Origin: Candidatus Thalassarchaeaceae archaeon
GTDB taxonomy: Archaea; Thermoplasmatota; Poseidoniia; Poseidoniales; Thalassarchaeaceae
Length of the DNA: 64,000 nucleotides
Assembly: GCA_030748775.1 (NCBI GenBank)
Contig: JASMLH010000002.1
Coordinates: forward strand, 13,732-77,731
Reading direction: 5' to 3'
Each line of letters opens with the position of its first letter. The stretch's first letter is position 1. The notes below the pieces were generated by a model. The model saw nothing but the letters and a program-made list of their open reading frames with translations. It was not told the DNA's origin and did no database searches. Below are positions 49,425 to 59,494 of the stretch, piece after piece. Position numbers and translations under genes: made by a program.

Positions 49425-49966
49425 CCCCTGAGTTTCTGAGTACTGTCTACGAGAGATTTGGCCATAGAGCTCATTCTCTCACGCAGCTCTTCGCTGAGTA
49501 GGGCTCCATCCTCGTGGAAGGCAGTCTTCACATTAGGAACGGCCACCTGCTCAGGCGTTACCCACCCATGAATCCATCTAGCCGCGATTCTCATGTGATT
49601 GAGTGTGTTGTTGCTAGCCTTGCCACCCAAGGTGCTCATCAATGAAAACACCTTACCGGATGTATGCTTGGAATATAGCCAGTCGAGGCTGTTCTTCATT
49701 ACGCCGCTCATAGTTCCGTGGTATTCGGGGCTGGAAAGGACGAATGCATCGGCAGATGTGGCCAACTCCTGGAATGCTTTGACGTTCTCGTTATCCCAAC
49801 TGCCCTCGGCACCGACGAGGGGTAGAGGATTGGCTCCATGATCCCAAACTACGGTATCAGCACCCATCTCCTCGCATTCCTCAAGTATTATCTCCAACAG
49901 CCTACCATTGGCAGAGTCGAGGTCATAGCTTCCACATATTCCCATAATTAGCATTGGTTCGCCCAC
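49421..49966 (-). CDS. NADPH-dependent FMN reductase family flavoprotein
   Basis: GICGS, SPEYHGTMSGVMKNSLDW. Confidence 0.9.
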   Translation of the reverse strand: MGEPMLIMGICGSYDLDSANGRLLEIILEECEEMGADTVVWDHGANPLPLVGAEGSWDNENVKAFQELATSADAFVLSSPEYHGTMSGVMKNSLDWLYSKHTSGKVFSLMSTLGGKASNNTLNHMRIAARWIHGWVTPEQVAVPNVKTAFHEDGALLSEELRERMSSMAKSLVDSTQKLRG

Positions 49967-50053
49967 GGCCCTTCGAAGGGGTGCCTGACTTCAATTATGC
50001 CATTGGTCAATGCTCGAGAATGCTTATCCATTCATGTATTCGCGATTGAATCG

Positions 50054-51232
50054 ATGGGAACAGACGGGTTAGCCGATGCATTGGCTGAGGCAAGGCAGAT
50101 CGCTGAGGGGGGCGCCGCATCCACTGCAATTGGACGTTATCACTCAATCTTGGAAACATCACCTGAGAGTGCAACAGCATGGTACTGCCTTGGCGTGCTT
50201 TACTCACAAACGGGAGACACTAGTATGGCAATAGAGTCCTTCGAAAACTCCGATAGAATATTCCCTAACCATGGTGCCACGATTTCGAATCTAGCATTCC
50301 TTCTCCAATCAACCGATCCTATACGTGCCCGGGAATACGCAGTATCAGCATTGGTTCAGTATCCCGATGATCAACGGCTAAGGGATATTTCTCAATCACC
50401 AGAGACTGAAGACATCGAAAACAAACCTGTATTCATAGAATCCCGCCCAATAGAGCCTGAAACCGATTATGCCGATTCTACAAATTCATACTCATTCGAA
50501 TCTAGAGAGGATGAAGCCAGGTCACTGACCGAAACAGGAGATCACGCCGGGGCAGTCGCGATATGGAAGGGAATCATGTCAAACTCGACAGATTCACCCG
50601 AGGTCTGGCGCGGTCTCGCTGATGCATTGCTTGCTGCTGGGTATCCGGACAGATATGAGCAGTGCAATAGGCGTGCCGAGGCACTTGAAGAAAAACTCAG
50701 GGGCAGTCAGGATGAATTGGCACCCATTGATGAAATGGAATCAATGAGTCTAATTGAGGCTGTAGAGAACGTCAAGCAAAGCTCGGTTGATGTTCTTGAG
50801 GATGAGAGAGGCGATATTGACCAGGCAATCAGCTGGTTCAATATGGGAACAAACCTACTTAATGAAGGGAAAAACGACGAAGCACTGACATGCTTCGAGA
50901 AAGCAATAGGGGGTTGTCCTAAAGACGAGAACGAGATACGAATGAAGGCCCAGAATGGTCGAGGAAATGCCCTTTTCAATGCAGGTAGGTATGCTGAGAG
51001 CGTGGTTGCTTATCATACGGCGATTGGCATGGATCCATCAAATGTCTCCGGAAGGACGCTTTTCAATATGGGTTCTTCATATGCTGCAGTTGAGATGTAC
51101 GATGATGCGATAAAGTGCTTCAATCAAGCCATCGGGCGAGGTATGGAAAAGTCTGAACTAGAGCTATGCGAAAAGCAGATCAGCAGATGCCGGCTATTGT
51201 CAAGAGAACAAGCGAAGCGACAATCAAGGTAA
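50054..51232 (+). CDS. TPR-repeat protein
   Basis: Multiple TPRs (AWYCLGVLY, WFNMGTNL, LFNMGSSY). Confidence 0.88.
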   Translation: MGTDGLADALAEARQIAEGGAASTAIGRYHSILETSPESATAWYCLGVLYSQTGDTSMAIESFENSDRIFPNHGATISNLAFLLQSTDPIRAREYAVSALVQYPDDQRLRDISQSPETEDIENKPVFIESRPIEPETDYADSTNSYSFESREDEARSLTETGDHAGAVAIWKGIMSNSTDSPEVWRGLADALLAAGYPDRYEQCNRRAEALEEKLRGSQDELAPIDEMESMSLIEAVENVKQSSVDVLEDERGDIDQAISWFNMGTNLLNEGKNDEALTCFEKAIGGCPKDENEIRMKAQNGRGNALFNAGRYAESVVAYHTAIGMDPSNVSGRTLFNMGSSYAAVEMYDDAIKCFNQAIGRGMEKSELELCEKQISRCRLLSREQAKRQSR

Positions 51233-51233
51233 C

Positions 51234-53558
51234 CTAATTAGACTTAGAAATCGATACTAGAACGGACTTACTAGTTGGGGTGTTGCTCAGGTCGGCCACA
51301 CTCTCAAGAGGTATCAGCTCATTAGACTCTGGGAAATATGTAGCCACGTTCCCAGGGGGTATATCGTAAGGAACAATGTACCATTTATCTGAAGATAATT
51401 GCTTGCCTTCGTAGTGAGAAGAAATATTGACAACTTGCAATTTTTCCCAACCGTTTTCCTCCATGTCGGTCTTGTTCACAAGCACAACACGCCTTCCGCC
51501 CTTCACCCCCCTGTACCTATCATCCAATCCGTAGATTGTAGTGTTGTACTGGTCATGCGATCTTATTGACATCATCACGAATTTTCCATCATCAGATGAA
51601 ATTGAAGACATGGGATTGACAATGAAATTCGCCTTCCCTGTGCGAGTTTGGAATTCTAACGAGTCCCTAGGGGGGTTGGGAAGGTAGAAACCACCCCTTT
51701 TCCTTGAACGCTCATTGTATGATTCGAAACCGGGAATTACAGATTCTATCTCATTTCTGATATTATCGTAGTCATTGACTAACTCCATCCATGGGATTTT
51801 CTTATGACCCGATGATTGTTTGATATGACTCCCTATTGAAGCAATAATTGCTGGCTCTGACATTAGCATGTTGCCTGCAGGACTCGACTTTCCAACTGAC
51901 ATATGCACCACTCCCATTGAGTTCTCAACTGTAACATACTGATCTCCGACGCCCGTAGAGTCTCTCTCAGTTCTACCCAGACATGGAAGAATTAGAGCCG
52001 TCTTTCCAGTAACCAGGTGGGATCTGTTGGGTTTCGTGGATACCTGTACAGTGAGCTCGCAATTCTGAAGCGCTCTGGCCGTAGCTCTAGTGTCGGACAT
52101 GGCCGACAGGAAATTTCCCCCCATCGACAAAAAAACGGTGGATTTCGACGTACTCATTCTCCTTACAGCCTCAACTGCATCACAACCAGGCTTCCTTGGA
52201 GAGTCTATACCGAATCGTTCGTCCAAAGCATCAAGAAATGAAGGACTTGGGCGGTGATTGATTCCCACAGTCCTATCTCCTTGAACATTTGAATGGCCCC
52301 TAACAGGACATAGTCCCGCGCCACTTCGGCCAATGTGCCCTCCAAGAAGGGAAACGTTTGCAATCTCCTGAATTGTTTGGACGGCATTTTTGTGTTGAGT
52401 GAGGCCCATTGCCCAACAAACAATCATAGATTTGCTTTGAGCGATCTTTTTTCCAATCCTGACGATGTCTTCTCGATGTACTCCGGATAGTGATTCAATT
52501 TCGCCCCAATCCGTTTTTCGAACAATTTCGTAGTAATCATCAAACCCTTGGGTATGATTACCAATGAATTCGCTATCAAATGCATCCTCAGAAATTACGG
52601 CCTTCGCGTAACCCCTGAATAGGGCCATGTCGCCGTTTATTCGGACATTAACGTGTTCATCTGCGATAATTGTTCCTGATCCTAGAACTTCTAGTGGTTT
52701 CTGGGGGTGTTTGAATCTGCCCATTCCTGCTTCAGTTAGGGGGTTAATGCTTACCACAGATGAACCAGCCATCTTGGCGTCTCTTAGTGCTGTAAGCATT
52801 CTGGGGTGGTTTGTACCTGGGTTCTGGCCAACTACCAATATCAGGTCAGAATGATTGAAGTCATCTAGTGTGACTGTGCCCTTCCCTATTCCGATTGACT
52901 CGGTCAACGCATGACCCGACGACTCATGACACATATTGGAACAGTCTGGAAGGTTATTCGTACCTATCGTTCTGGCTAATAGTTGCCAGAGAAATGCAGC
53001 TTCATTGCTAGTTCGCCCAGATGTGTAGAAAATGGCCTGATCCGGGTCAGATACCCCACCAAGATAGTCCCCAATCATTTCGAATGCGTCGACCCAAGAT
53101 ATTTTTTCATAGTGGTCGGATTTTTGACGGAGAACCAACGGTTGTGTGATGCGCCCCTGTTCGTTTAGCCAATGATCAGATTTCTTCGATAGTTCTGAAA
53201 CAGACCATCTTTTCCAGAAATCCGGCCCCGCCTTTCTTTTAGTAGCCTCATCAGCTACCGCCTTTGCACCGTTCTCGCAGAATTCGGCAAATGTTCTGTG
53301 CCCGTCAGGATCTGGCCATGCACAACCTGGGCAGTCGAATCCATCGAATTTATTGACGTTTCTAAGGTTGGAAATCGAACGAATAGCTCCCATTTTTCGT
53401 ATTCCATGCTTCGCTGTGGAGATTATTGCAGGCATTCCGGCTGCGACTACCTTTGGTTTTGAGGTCCTTGGAGCTGAATCCTCAGGGGGAGTAGTCGCTC
53501 TGACGCCTCGGGCCACGTTTGCTGTGGGAGTTAGCATCATTTCAATTGCTCCGTTCAT
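51234..53558 (-). CDS. FdhF/YdeP-family molybdopterin oxidoreductase
   Basis: GFDCPGCAWPD, EFCENGAKA, YTSGRTSNE, DCSNMCHES, RSHDQYNTT. The true start may be slightly downstream. Confidence 0.95.
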   Translation of the reverse strand: MNGAIEMMLTPTANVARGVRATTPPEDSAPRTSKPKVVAAGMPAIISTAKHGIRKMGAIRSISNLRNVNKFDGFDCPGCAWPDPDGHRTFAEFCENGAKAVADEATKRKAGPDFWKRWSVSELSKKSDHWLNEQGRITQPLVLRQKSDHYEKISWVDAFEMIGDYLGGVSDPDQAIFYTSGRTSNEAAFLWQLLARTIGTNNLPDCSNMCHESSGHALTESIGIGKGTVTLDDFNHSDLILVVGQNPGTNHPRMLTALRDAKMAGSSVVSINPLTEAGMGRFKHPQKPLEVLGSGTIIADEHVNVRINGDMALFRGYAKAVISEDAFDSEFIGNHTQGFDDYYEIVRKTDWGEIESLSGVHREDIVRIGKKIAQSKSMIVCWAMGLTQHKNAVQTIQEIANVSLLGGHIGRSGAGLCPVRGHSNVQGDRTVGINHRPSPSFLDALDERFGIDSPRKPGCDAVEAVRRMSTSKSTVFLSMGGNFLSAMSDTRATARALQNCELTVQVSTKPNRSHLVTGKTALILPCLGRTERDSTGVGDQYVTVENSMGVVHMSVGKSSPAGNMLMSEPAIIASIGSHIKQSSGHKKIPWMELVNDYDNIRNEIESVIPGFESYNERSRKRGGFYLPNPPRDSLEFQTRTGKANFIVNPMSSISSDDGKFVMMSIRSHDQYNTTIYGLDDRYRGVKGGRRVVLVNKTDMEENGWEKLQVVNISSHYEGKQLSSDKWYIVPYDIPPGNVATYFPESNELIPLESVADLSNTPTSKSVLVSISKSN

Positions 53559-53591
53559 ATGGCTTATCCCTCAAGTCCCCTACGGCATATT

Positions 53592-54551
53592 GTGAGTAAA
53601 GGCATTCATGTAGTAACTGGGGCATTCGGATATTCAGGTAGGTGGATTGCAAAGGAGCTCCTTGCAAGGGGCCATCGCGTTAGGACGCTAACAAACGCAA
53701 TTGGAAGGGATGACCCGTTCAATGGACGTGTCGAGGTTCACACTGTCGATTTCGACAATCATTCTGCTATGGTCAACTCACTCTCTGGCGCAGATGTATT
53801 GTACAATACATACTGGGTAAGGTACAAGGATCCGAATGGGGAGTATGCACACGATCTTGCTGTTGAGAATATCAGGAAGCTACTAGATGCAGCCAAGGAA
53901 GCAGGTGTAGGCAGGGTAGTCCATTTTTCTGTTGCCCATCCTACAAAGGCACCTGACTGGTCATATTTCAGGGGCAAGGTTCAGGTCGAGGAGATACTGA
54001 AGTCATCTGGATTATCATACGCAATACTCCGCCCAACAGTATTCTTCGGAGGTGATAGAGACGTTCTCATCAATAACATGGCATGGCTAATTCGCAGGTT
54101 TCCTGTCTTTGGCATATTTGGATGGGGAAAGTATCCAATTCAGCCAGTACACATCAGTGACGTTGCCAGGGTATCCGTAGATCAGGGTGCAAATGATGAG
54201 AACATAGTGATCGATGTTGCTGGTCCAGAGAAGTATGAGTATCGTGAATATGTAAGATTGATTGCCAAGTCGATGGGCATTCGAAGGTTAGTTTTGCCCG
54301 TACCGCCAATTGTTGCTTGGATGGTTGGCCGTGCAGTAGGCATGATATTGGACGATCGTGTAATTACGCGTGCAGAGATTAAGGGGCTTATGCAGGGACT
54401 TATGGCTACAGATGAACCTCCAACCGGACTTGTCAGTTTTGCCGATTGGATACATGAAAACGGCAATACTCTGGGAATGCGATACCAGAACGACATGAAG
54501 GAACGCCTGTACAGAGACCCCAATGGGAATTCTACTGGGCAATCCGTCTAA
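53592..54551 (+). CDS. NAD(P)-binding SDR/epimerase (NDUFA9-like)
   Basis: VTGAFGYSG, YFRGK, LRPT, QPVH. Confidence 0.85.
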   Translation: MSKGIHVVTGAFGYSGRWIAKELLARGHRVRTLTNAIGRDDPFNGRVEVHTVDFDNHSAMVNSLSGADVLYNTYWVRYKDPNGEYAHDLAVENIRKLLDAAKEAGVGRVVHFSVAHPTKAPDWSYFRGKVQVEEILKSSGLSYAILRPTVFFGGDRDVLINNMAWLIRRFPVFGIFGWGKYPIQPVHISDVARVSVDQGANDENIVIDVAGPEKYEYREYVRLIAKSMGIRRLVLPVPPIVAWMVGRAVGMILDDRVITRAEIKGLMQGLMATDEPPTGLVSFADWIHENGNTLGMRYQNDMKERLYRDPNGNSTGQSV

Positions 54552-55332
54552 CACCACTGTAAACGGTCAACGAATCGCTTCTTGCGAAGCACCCCAGAGT
54601 GAGACCATGCTCCTTGGCAAGATCTACGGCTAGTGTTGTTGGGCCACCAATAGCAATCATGATTGGGAAGCCTATGCGAAGGCATTTCTGTACCAATTCA
54701 AACGATGCCCTTCCGGATACAAATAGCAACTCTGATTTTGGAAAAACCTCATCTGAAACATAAGATCCAACCAGCTTGTCCATCGCATTGTGCCTACCAA
54801 CGTCTTCGAATATTCTCGAAATTTCACAGTTCATATTGAAGCTTGCACATGCATGTGAGCCACCGGTCTGCGAGAATAGTATTTGGCGAGTTTTCATCTC
54901 CTTCAAGCACACTCGAATCGCATCTATCCCAACACTCGTTTTTTCATCAAGCTCAGGTGCATGAATGTGTACTCTGTCATCAATTGTGCTACGTCCACAA
55001 ATTCCGCAAGCTGAAGTCACAGTTCCCGATCTACAGTGAAGATCAGGGTCGAAACCAGAATCATCGCCTAATGATACTGTGATTTGTTCGGAGTTATCTT
55101 CGATGGTTTCGATATCATCTATGGAATTGATAATTCCCTCAGAGAATAGGAATCCAATTACTAGATTCCTATCATCCCCTATTGTTCGCATAGTAACTCC
55201 AAGTTTTTGGATCCCGTGCTCATTTGTAACCACTGAAATTGCGAGTGCCTCCTCGCTTGTGACATAGTCCTGCTCCCTTGATATGGCCGAGTCCAAAACC
55301 TTCGCTATATCCCTCGTTTCGAATCCATCCAC
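54532..55332 (-). CDS. fdhD: Formate dehydrogenase accessory sulfurtransferase
   Basis: TMRT, GFLFSEG, ACGICG, TGGSH, EDVGRHNAMDK, SGRASFE; GTG 55332 is the likely start. Confidence 0.93.
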   Translation of the reverse strand: MDGFETRDIAKVLDSAISREQDYVTSEEALAISVVTNEHGIQKLGVTMRTIGDDRNLVIGFLFSEGIINSIDDIETIEDNSEQITVSLGDDSGFDPDLHCRSGTVTSACGICGRSTIDDRVHIHAPELDEKTSVGIDAIRVCLKEMKTRQILFSQTGGSHACASFNMNCEISRIFEDVGRHNAMDKLVGSYVSDEVFPKSELLFVSGRASFELVQKCLRIGFPIMIAIGGPTTLAVDLAKEHGLTLGCFARSDSLTVYSGVRRIAQ

Positions 55333-55445
55333 GGCCGGACGAGCGGTGACTGATTGATATGTGTGCTGTGTACAAAGAGGAACCGTTGAAATAGGGACTG
55401 TTTTTTCAGCGACATATGGGAATTCTGGGCGGCGAGGGTTTCTCA

Positions 55446-55802
55446 TTGCCAGTTGTCTCTGAAACGGAAGTTGTTCCTGTAGATATCCATTTTACAGAAT
55501 CGGCCAAATCCGCCTTAAAGGAGAGCATGAATGGGGACGAGGGCACACATTCATTGGTAATCAGTGCCCAATCTGGTGGATGCTCTGGGTATCTCTATGA
55601 CATGAAAATCGCTCAGGTACAAGATGATGATGGGTTTCAGAAGCTGGATATTGACGGAATCACAGTCTTTGTTCATGATAAGGACAGCTCCTTACTATCT
55701 GGAATTATTGTTGATTTCAAGGATACCCTGATGGGCGGAGGATTCCAGATAACCAATCCCAATGCGGACAGGTCTTGCGGGTGCGGCCAGTCGTTTGGCT
55801 GA
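55446..55802 (+). CDS. HesB/IscA A-type Fe-S carrier
   Basis: GGCSGY, NPNA, CGCGQSF. Start uncertain (55416 or 55446). Confidence 0.93.
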   Translation: MPVVSETEVVPVDIHFTESAKSALKESMNGDEGTHSLVISAQSGGCSGYLYDMKIAQVQDDDGFQKLDIDGITVFVHDKDSSLLSGIIVDFKDTLMGGGFQITNPNADRSCGCGQSFG

Positions 55803-55811
55803 GGTCATCTC

Positions 55812-56720
55812 TTGAATGATTTTCTTGATCCTATAGCCGAACTCATCAATAGGAAGTCGTCATTTTCAGTACTCTCAGGGTCTGACTGCGTAGGTTTCCT
55901 TAATCGTTCATTGACAAGCGATATTTCTGAGTTAACCCACATGGAAAGACGTGATTCCGTTCTATGTGACGCAAATGGAAAAGTCATCGACATGGTAACA
56001 TTGTGTAGGTTGGATGACAAGATTCTGATGCTAACGCAATCTCAAGTCGATGACACAAGAAAACATCTCCAATCGGGCATCTCCTGGTCTGAAGATGTAT
56101 CAATTATTGATGGAAATAATGCATTAACACATCTGACATTGGTAGGCATGCACTGGCAAAGGGCACTTCTTGGAATTGGATTTGATCCAACCGAGCTCGA
56201 CGGAAATGAATGGGTTGAGTTTGGGAATATGCTATTTTCTCTCAATCGTGTCTATGGTGTAGATGTTATAGACATCGCATTACCAACAAATGAGGTAATG
56301 GATGCTACTAGTGCATTAATTGAGAATGGTTGTAGAGAGATGGATGACGATAGGTGGTACTATGTTCGGACCAATACCGGACTTGTAACTATCGAAGAGG
56401 CGAGCAATAGGATTCCTGCCCAGGTTTCACTGGGTGACCTTGTCGACTTGAAAAAGGGATGCTACCCTGGCCAGGAGATTCACGCTAGAATGGATAGTCG
56501 CGGCAAGTTGTTGAAACAGGTTGTACGAATTCGGGGCGACAAGCGAATAGATGTTGGGAAATACAAGGTCGACGGAATAGGGAGGTTGCACGTCATTTCA
56601 TCTACAGAATACAATGGAAAATCTATTGGTTACGCTATGGTTCCTAGTAGGGATTCAATAGAAGGGCAATATGATATTGATGGAAACGTGATACGAATCG
56701 AGAATTTCAGCTCTCCTTGA
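55812..56720 (+). CDS. YgfZ/Iba57-like folate-binding protein
   Basis: KGCYPGQE signature. Confidence 0.85.
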   Translation: MNDFLDPIAELINRKSSFSVLSGSDCVGFLNRSLTSDISELTHMERRDSVLCDANGKVIDMVTLCRLDDKILMLTQSQVDDTRKHLQSGISWSEDVSIIDGNNALTHLTLVGMHWQRALLGIGFDPTELDGNEWVEFGNMLFSLNRVYGVDVIDIALPTNEVMDATSALIENGCREMDDDRWYYVRTNTGLVTIEEASNRIPAQVSLGDLVDLKKGCYPGQEIHARMDSRGKLLKQVVRIRGDKRIDVGKYKVDGIGRLHVISSTEYNGKSIGYAMVPSRDSIEGQYDIDGNVIRIENFSSP

Positions 56721-57780
56721 ATGCTTCCTCGAAGCTCTCACCAGATTCAACCCAATCTGTCAGTGGCATTAGCGGAACTAGCCTAAGTGAGCCATGGTCC
56801 CTGTTGAATAGGTAAACCATCGGATTAAACACAGACGACATTTGACTCTGGAATGTCTTCCTAACAGAGCCACCCCGATTCCTGAAGAATACAATTTCGA
56901 CTGTTATGCCGATAATTGTTGCAGTGTACAATACCAAGAGGACACTTATTGAGAATGCCACAGGATCGATAAGAAGCTGCCCTGTTCTAATCTTCGAACC
57001 GTACATTAACTGACGAGAAAGTAGGAACAATAGCCCCACCCCAACCCAGGGGCCCAGCTTGTCCTCTACGAATGCGTCCATCGGAATAATTCGCCTATTC
57101 GTGGGGTCCGCAAAGGTAAGTGTACTCTCCGTTGCAGCTCTGATTACAGATATCGCTGATACAAGAATGATGTATACTAGTGCACTGACCAGTAGAACCT
57201 TGCTCGAGCTAAGGGGTGCATAGGAGACAATGAGGTACGCAAACAAACCCAGAAATACTGTTGTTGGCATTCTATGAATCGATGCAAGAACCTTTTCCAG
57301 CCTTTTCGCTCCATCATCTAGCCTAGGTATGCCGATAATTTCCCAGCGCGTGTACCTCTGAATCAATATTGCCACGAATGACAAAACCTTCCTGTCTATT
57401 AGGACCCATTCAATAAATCTAAGAAACGGCATCATTGGGATTGTAATTACTGCTGCAAATAGACCAACGAGGGGCCAAAGAATTAGGCTAGGGAACAGCA
57501 GGAAGTGCTGTAGTCGTAGTGGATGAAGAAGATCAGACTCGATCCTTGCCTGCCTATCAGAGGTCAAATGGACCTTCCTAGCTTCAGCGTCCAATTCAGA
57601 CCTATAACGAATTAGTGGCATGCCGGAATCCAAGACTCTACGGACCTTTTCACGATAGTGCTCCTGTTCTGGCTCGATTCCCACCCACCACCTCCATGCG
57701 AAGGATACAGGCAGAGCGAAGAATACTGGTGAGGCTAGAATAAGAATGGACGTTACCAGGGACTCGTAGTCCTCTACCAT
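56707..57780 (-). CDS. Hypothetical membrane protein
   Basis: 357 aa with several TM segments. Confidence 0.78.
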   Translation of the reverse strand: MVEDYESLVTSILILASPVFFALPVSFAWRWWVGIEPEQEHYREKVRRVLDSGMPLIRYRSELDAEARKVHLTSDRQARIESDLLHPLRLQHFLLFPSLILWPLVGLFAAVITIPMMPFLRFIEWVLIDRKVLSFVAILIQRYTRWEIIGIPRLDDGAKRLEKVLASIHRMPTTVFLGLFAYLIVSYAPLSSSKVLLVSALVYIILVSAISVIRAATESTLTFADPTNRRIIPMDAFVEDKLGPWVGVGLLFLLSRQLMYGSKIRTGQLLIDPVAFSISVLLVLYTATIIGITVEIVFFRNRGGSVRKTFQSQMSSVFNPMVYLFNRDHGSLRLVPLMPLTDWVESGESFEEAFKES

Positions 57781-57841
57781 ATATGCTGCATTACAACTAC
57801 GTCCAATAATGAAGCGGTCAAAATCTACTCTACGTACCTAT

Positions 57842-58435
57842 TCAGTTCGAGGCCAGGTAGTTCTCGTTTACAGCATCCCAGTCAACAACATTCCACCAGG
57901 AGTCGATATAATCGGCCCTTGCAGGACCGAATTTCTTGTAGTAGGCGTGCTCCCATACATCTAGGCCTAACAAGGGAACTCCGTCTCCTGTCATCAATGG
58001 GTTATCTTGGTTAGGAGTAGAGCAGATGCACAATTTTCCATTGCTAGAGCAGAGCCATGCCCAACCACTACCAAATCTTGTCATTGCGGCTTGGGCAAAC
58101 TCTTCCTTCATGGATTCGAACGATCCAAATGATTCGTCGATCGCATTAGCAATATCACCATTGGGGGTTCCACCACCACTTGGGCACATGGTCTTCCAGA
58201 ACATCGAGTGGTTCCAATATCCGCCACCGTTGTTTCTTACTGCAGCGTTATCGAAGTGATCAGTAATCAACTCTTCAATCGATTTTCCAGACATTTCGGT
58301 ACCATCGATTGCAGCATTAAGTTTCGCTGTGTAACCTGCATGGTGCTTGGAGTGATGTATCTCCATTGTTAATGCGTCCAAATGCGGCTCTAACTCATCG
58401 TATCCATAATTCAATTCCGGTAGCTCAAAACTCAT
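57842..58435 (-). CDS. sod: Fe/Mn superoxide dismutase
   Basis: HHSKHH, NNGGG.WNH, FGSGW, DVWEHAYY. Confidence 0.97.
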   Translation of the reverse strand: MSFELPELNYGYDELEPHLDALTMEIHHSKHHAGYTAKLNAAIDGTEMSGKSIEELITDHFDNAAVRNNGGGYWNHSMFWKTMCPSGGGTPNGDIANAIDESFGSFESMKEEFAQAAMTRFGSGWAWLCSSNGKLCICSTPNQDNPLMTGDGVPLLGLDVWEHAYYKKFGPARADYIDSWWNVVDWDAVNENYLASN

Positions 58436-58525
58436 ATTTCTCGGGTTCTGCATGGGGTTTACGATTTCAAATATACTATCATTTTTCTCAAAATGTTGAT
58501 GCGGGGTCTATCCTTGAGCTCAATT

Positions 58526-59494
58526 GTGGGAAGGATTGCGATTACTGATGGTATGGATGACCAGGCAATAAAAGCGCTTGAAGATGCAGGGCATGAAGTC
58601 ACTTCTACTCATTATTCGATCGAAGAGCTATTGGATGGAGTCCTAGCAGAATTTGATGCAGTTGTTGTTCGAAGCGCTACAAAGATTACTGCGGAAGTAT
58701 TAGCCTCATCATCATCTGATGGGTCAAAATTGGGATTCATAGGTAGAGCTGGTGTGGGAGTAGACAACATAGATGTCGCCGCAGCTACCAACAATGGCAT
58801 AGTCGTGTGCAATACTCCTGGAGCATCTACTAGAAGTGTTGTTGAGATGACCATTGGCCACTTTATTGCATCTGCGAGACATATTGCTCGTGCTGATCGT
58901 TCATTGAGAGAAGGTAAATGGCAGAAGAAGGAGCTCAAGGGAACTGAGATTGCTGGAAAGAGCCTGGGCTTAATCGGTCTTGGTAGGATTGCCAGAGGCG
59001 TTGCTGATGCAGCCTCTTCATTGGGAATGGAAGTACACGCATACGACCCATATGTACAATCTTCACCAGATTGGATCAATATGCATGACGACGTAGACGA
59101 TCTATTCAGAAAATGCACCCACATCTCAGTTCATTGTAATTTATCTGAGGAGACTAGGAATCTGGTTAATTCAGCAAGGATAGGGATGATGCCAGGCGTT
59201 GGAAATGACGGAACCGCATGTGGAAATCACATCGTGAGTTGTGCACGCGGTGGAATCGTTGATGAGTCCGATGCGGCAATGGCTTTACAGAACGGGCAAC
59301 TCCAAACATTGGCCCTAGATGTATTTGATAGAGAGCCTCTAGGTGATAGTGAATTGCTATCCTTGGATGGATTCCATGGCAGTCCCCATATCGCGGCTTC
59401 TACTATGGAAGCTCAAAGGAGGATAGGTACAGAGATGACCTCGCTCCTAATCGAATACTTCGAGACTGGAAGTCCTAGCACATCACTGAACTAG
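58526..59494 (+). CDS. D-2-hydroxyacid/phosphoglycerate dehydrogenase
   Basis: VVRSATK, RAGVGVDNID, GLGRI, ARGG, LDVF, SPHIAAST. Confidence 0.9.
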   Translation: MGRIAITDGMDDQAIKALEDAGHEVTSTHYSIEELLDGVLAEFDAVVVRSATKITAEVLASSSSDGSKLGFIGRAGVGVDNIDVAAATNNGIVVCNTPGASTRSVVEMTIGHFIASARHIARADRSLREGKWQKKELKGTEIAGKSLGLIGLGRIARGVADAASSLGMEVHAYDPYVQSSPDWINMHDDVDDLFRKCTHISVHCNLSEETRNLVNSARIGMMPGVGNDGTACGNHIVSCARGGIVDESDAAMALQNGQLQTLALDVFDREPLGDSELLSLDGFHGSPHIAASTMEAQRRIGTEMTSLLIEYFETGSPSTSLN

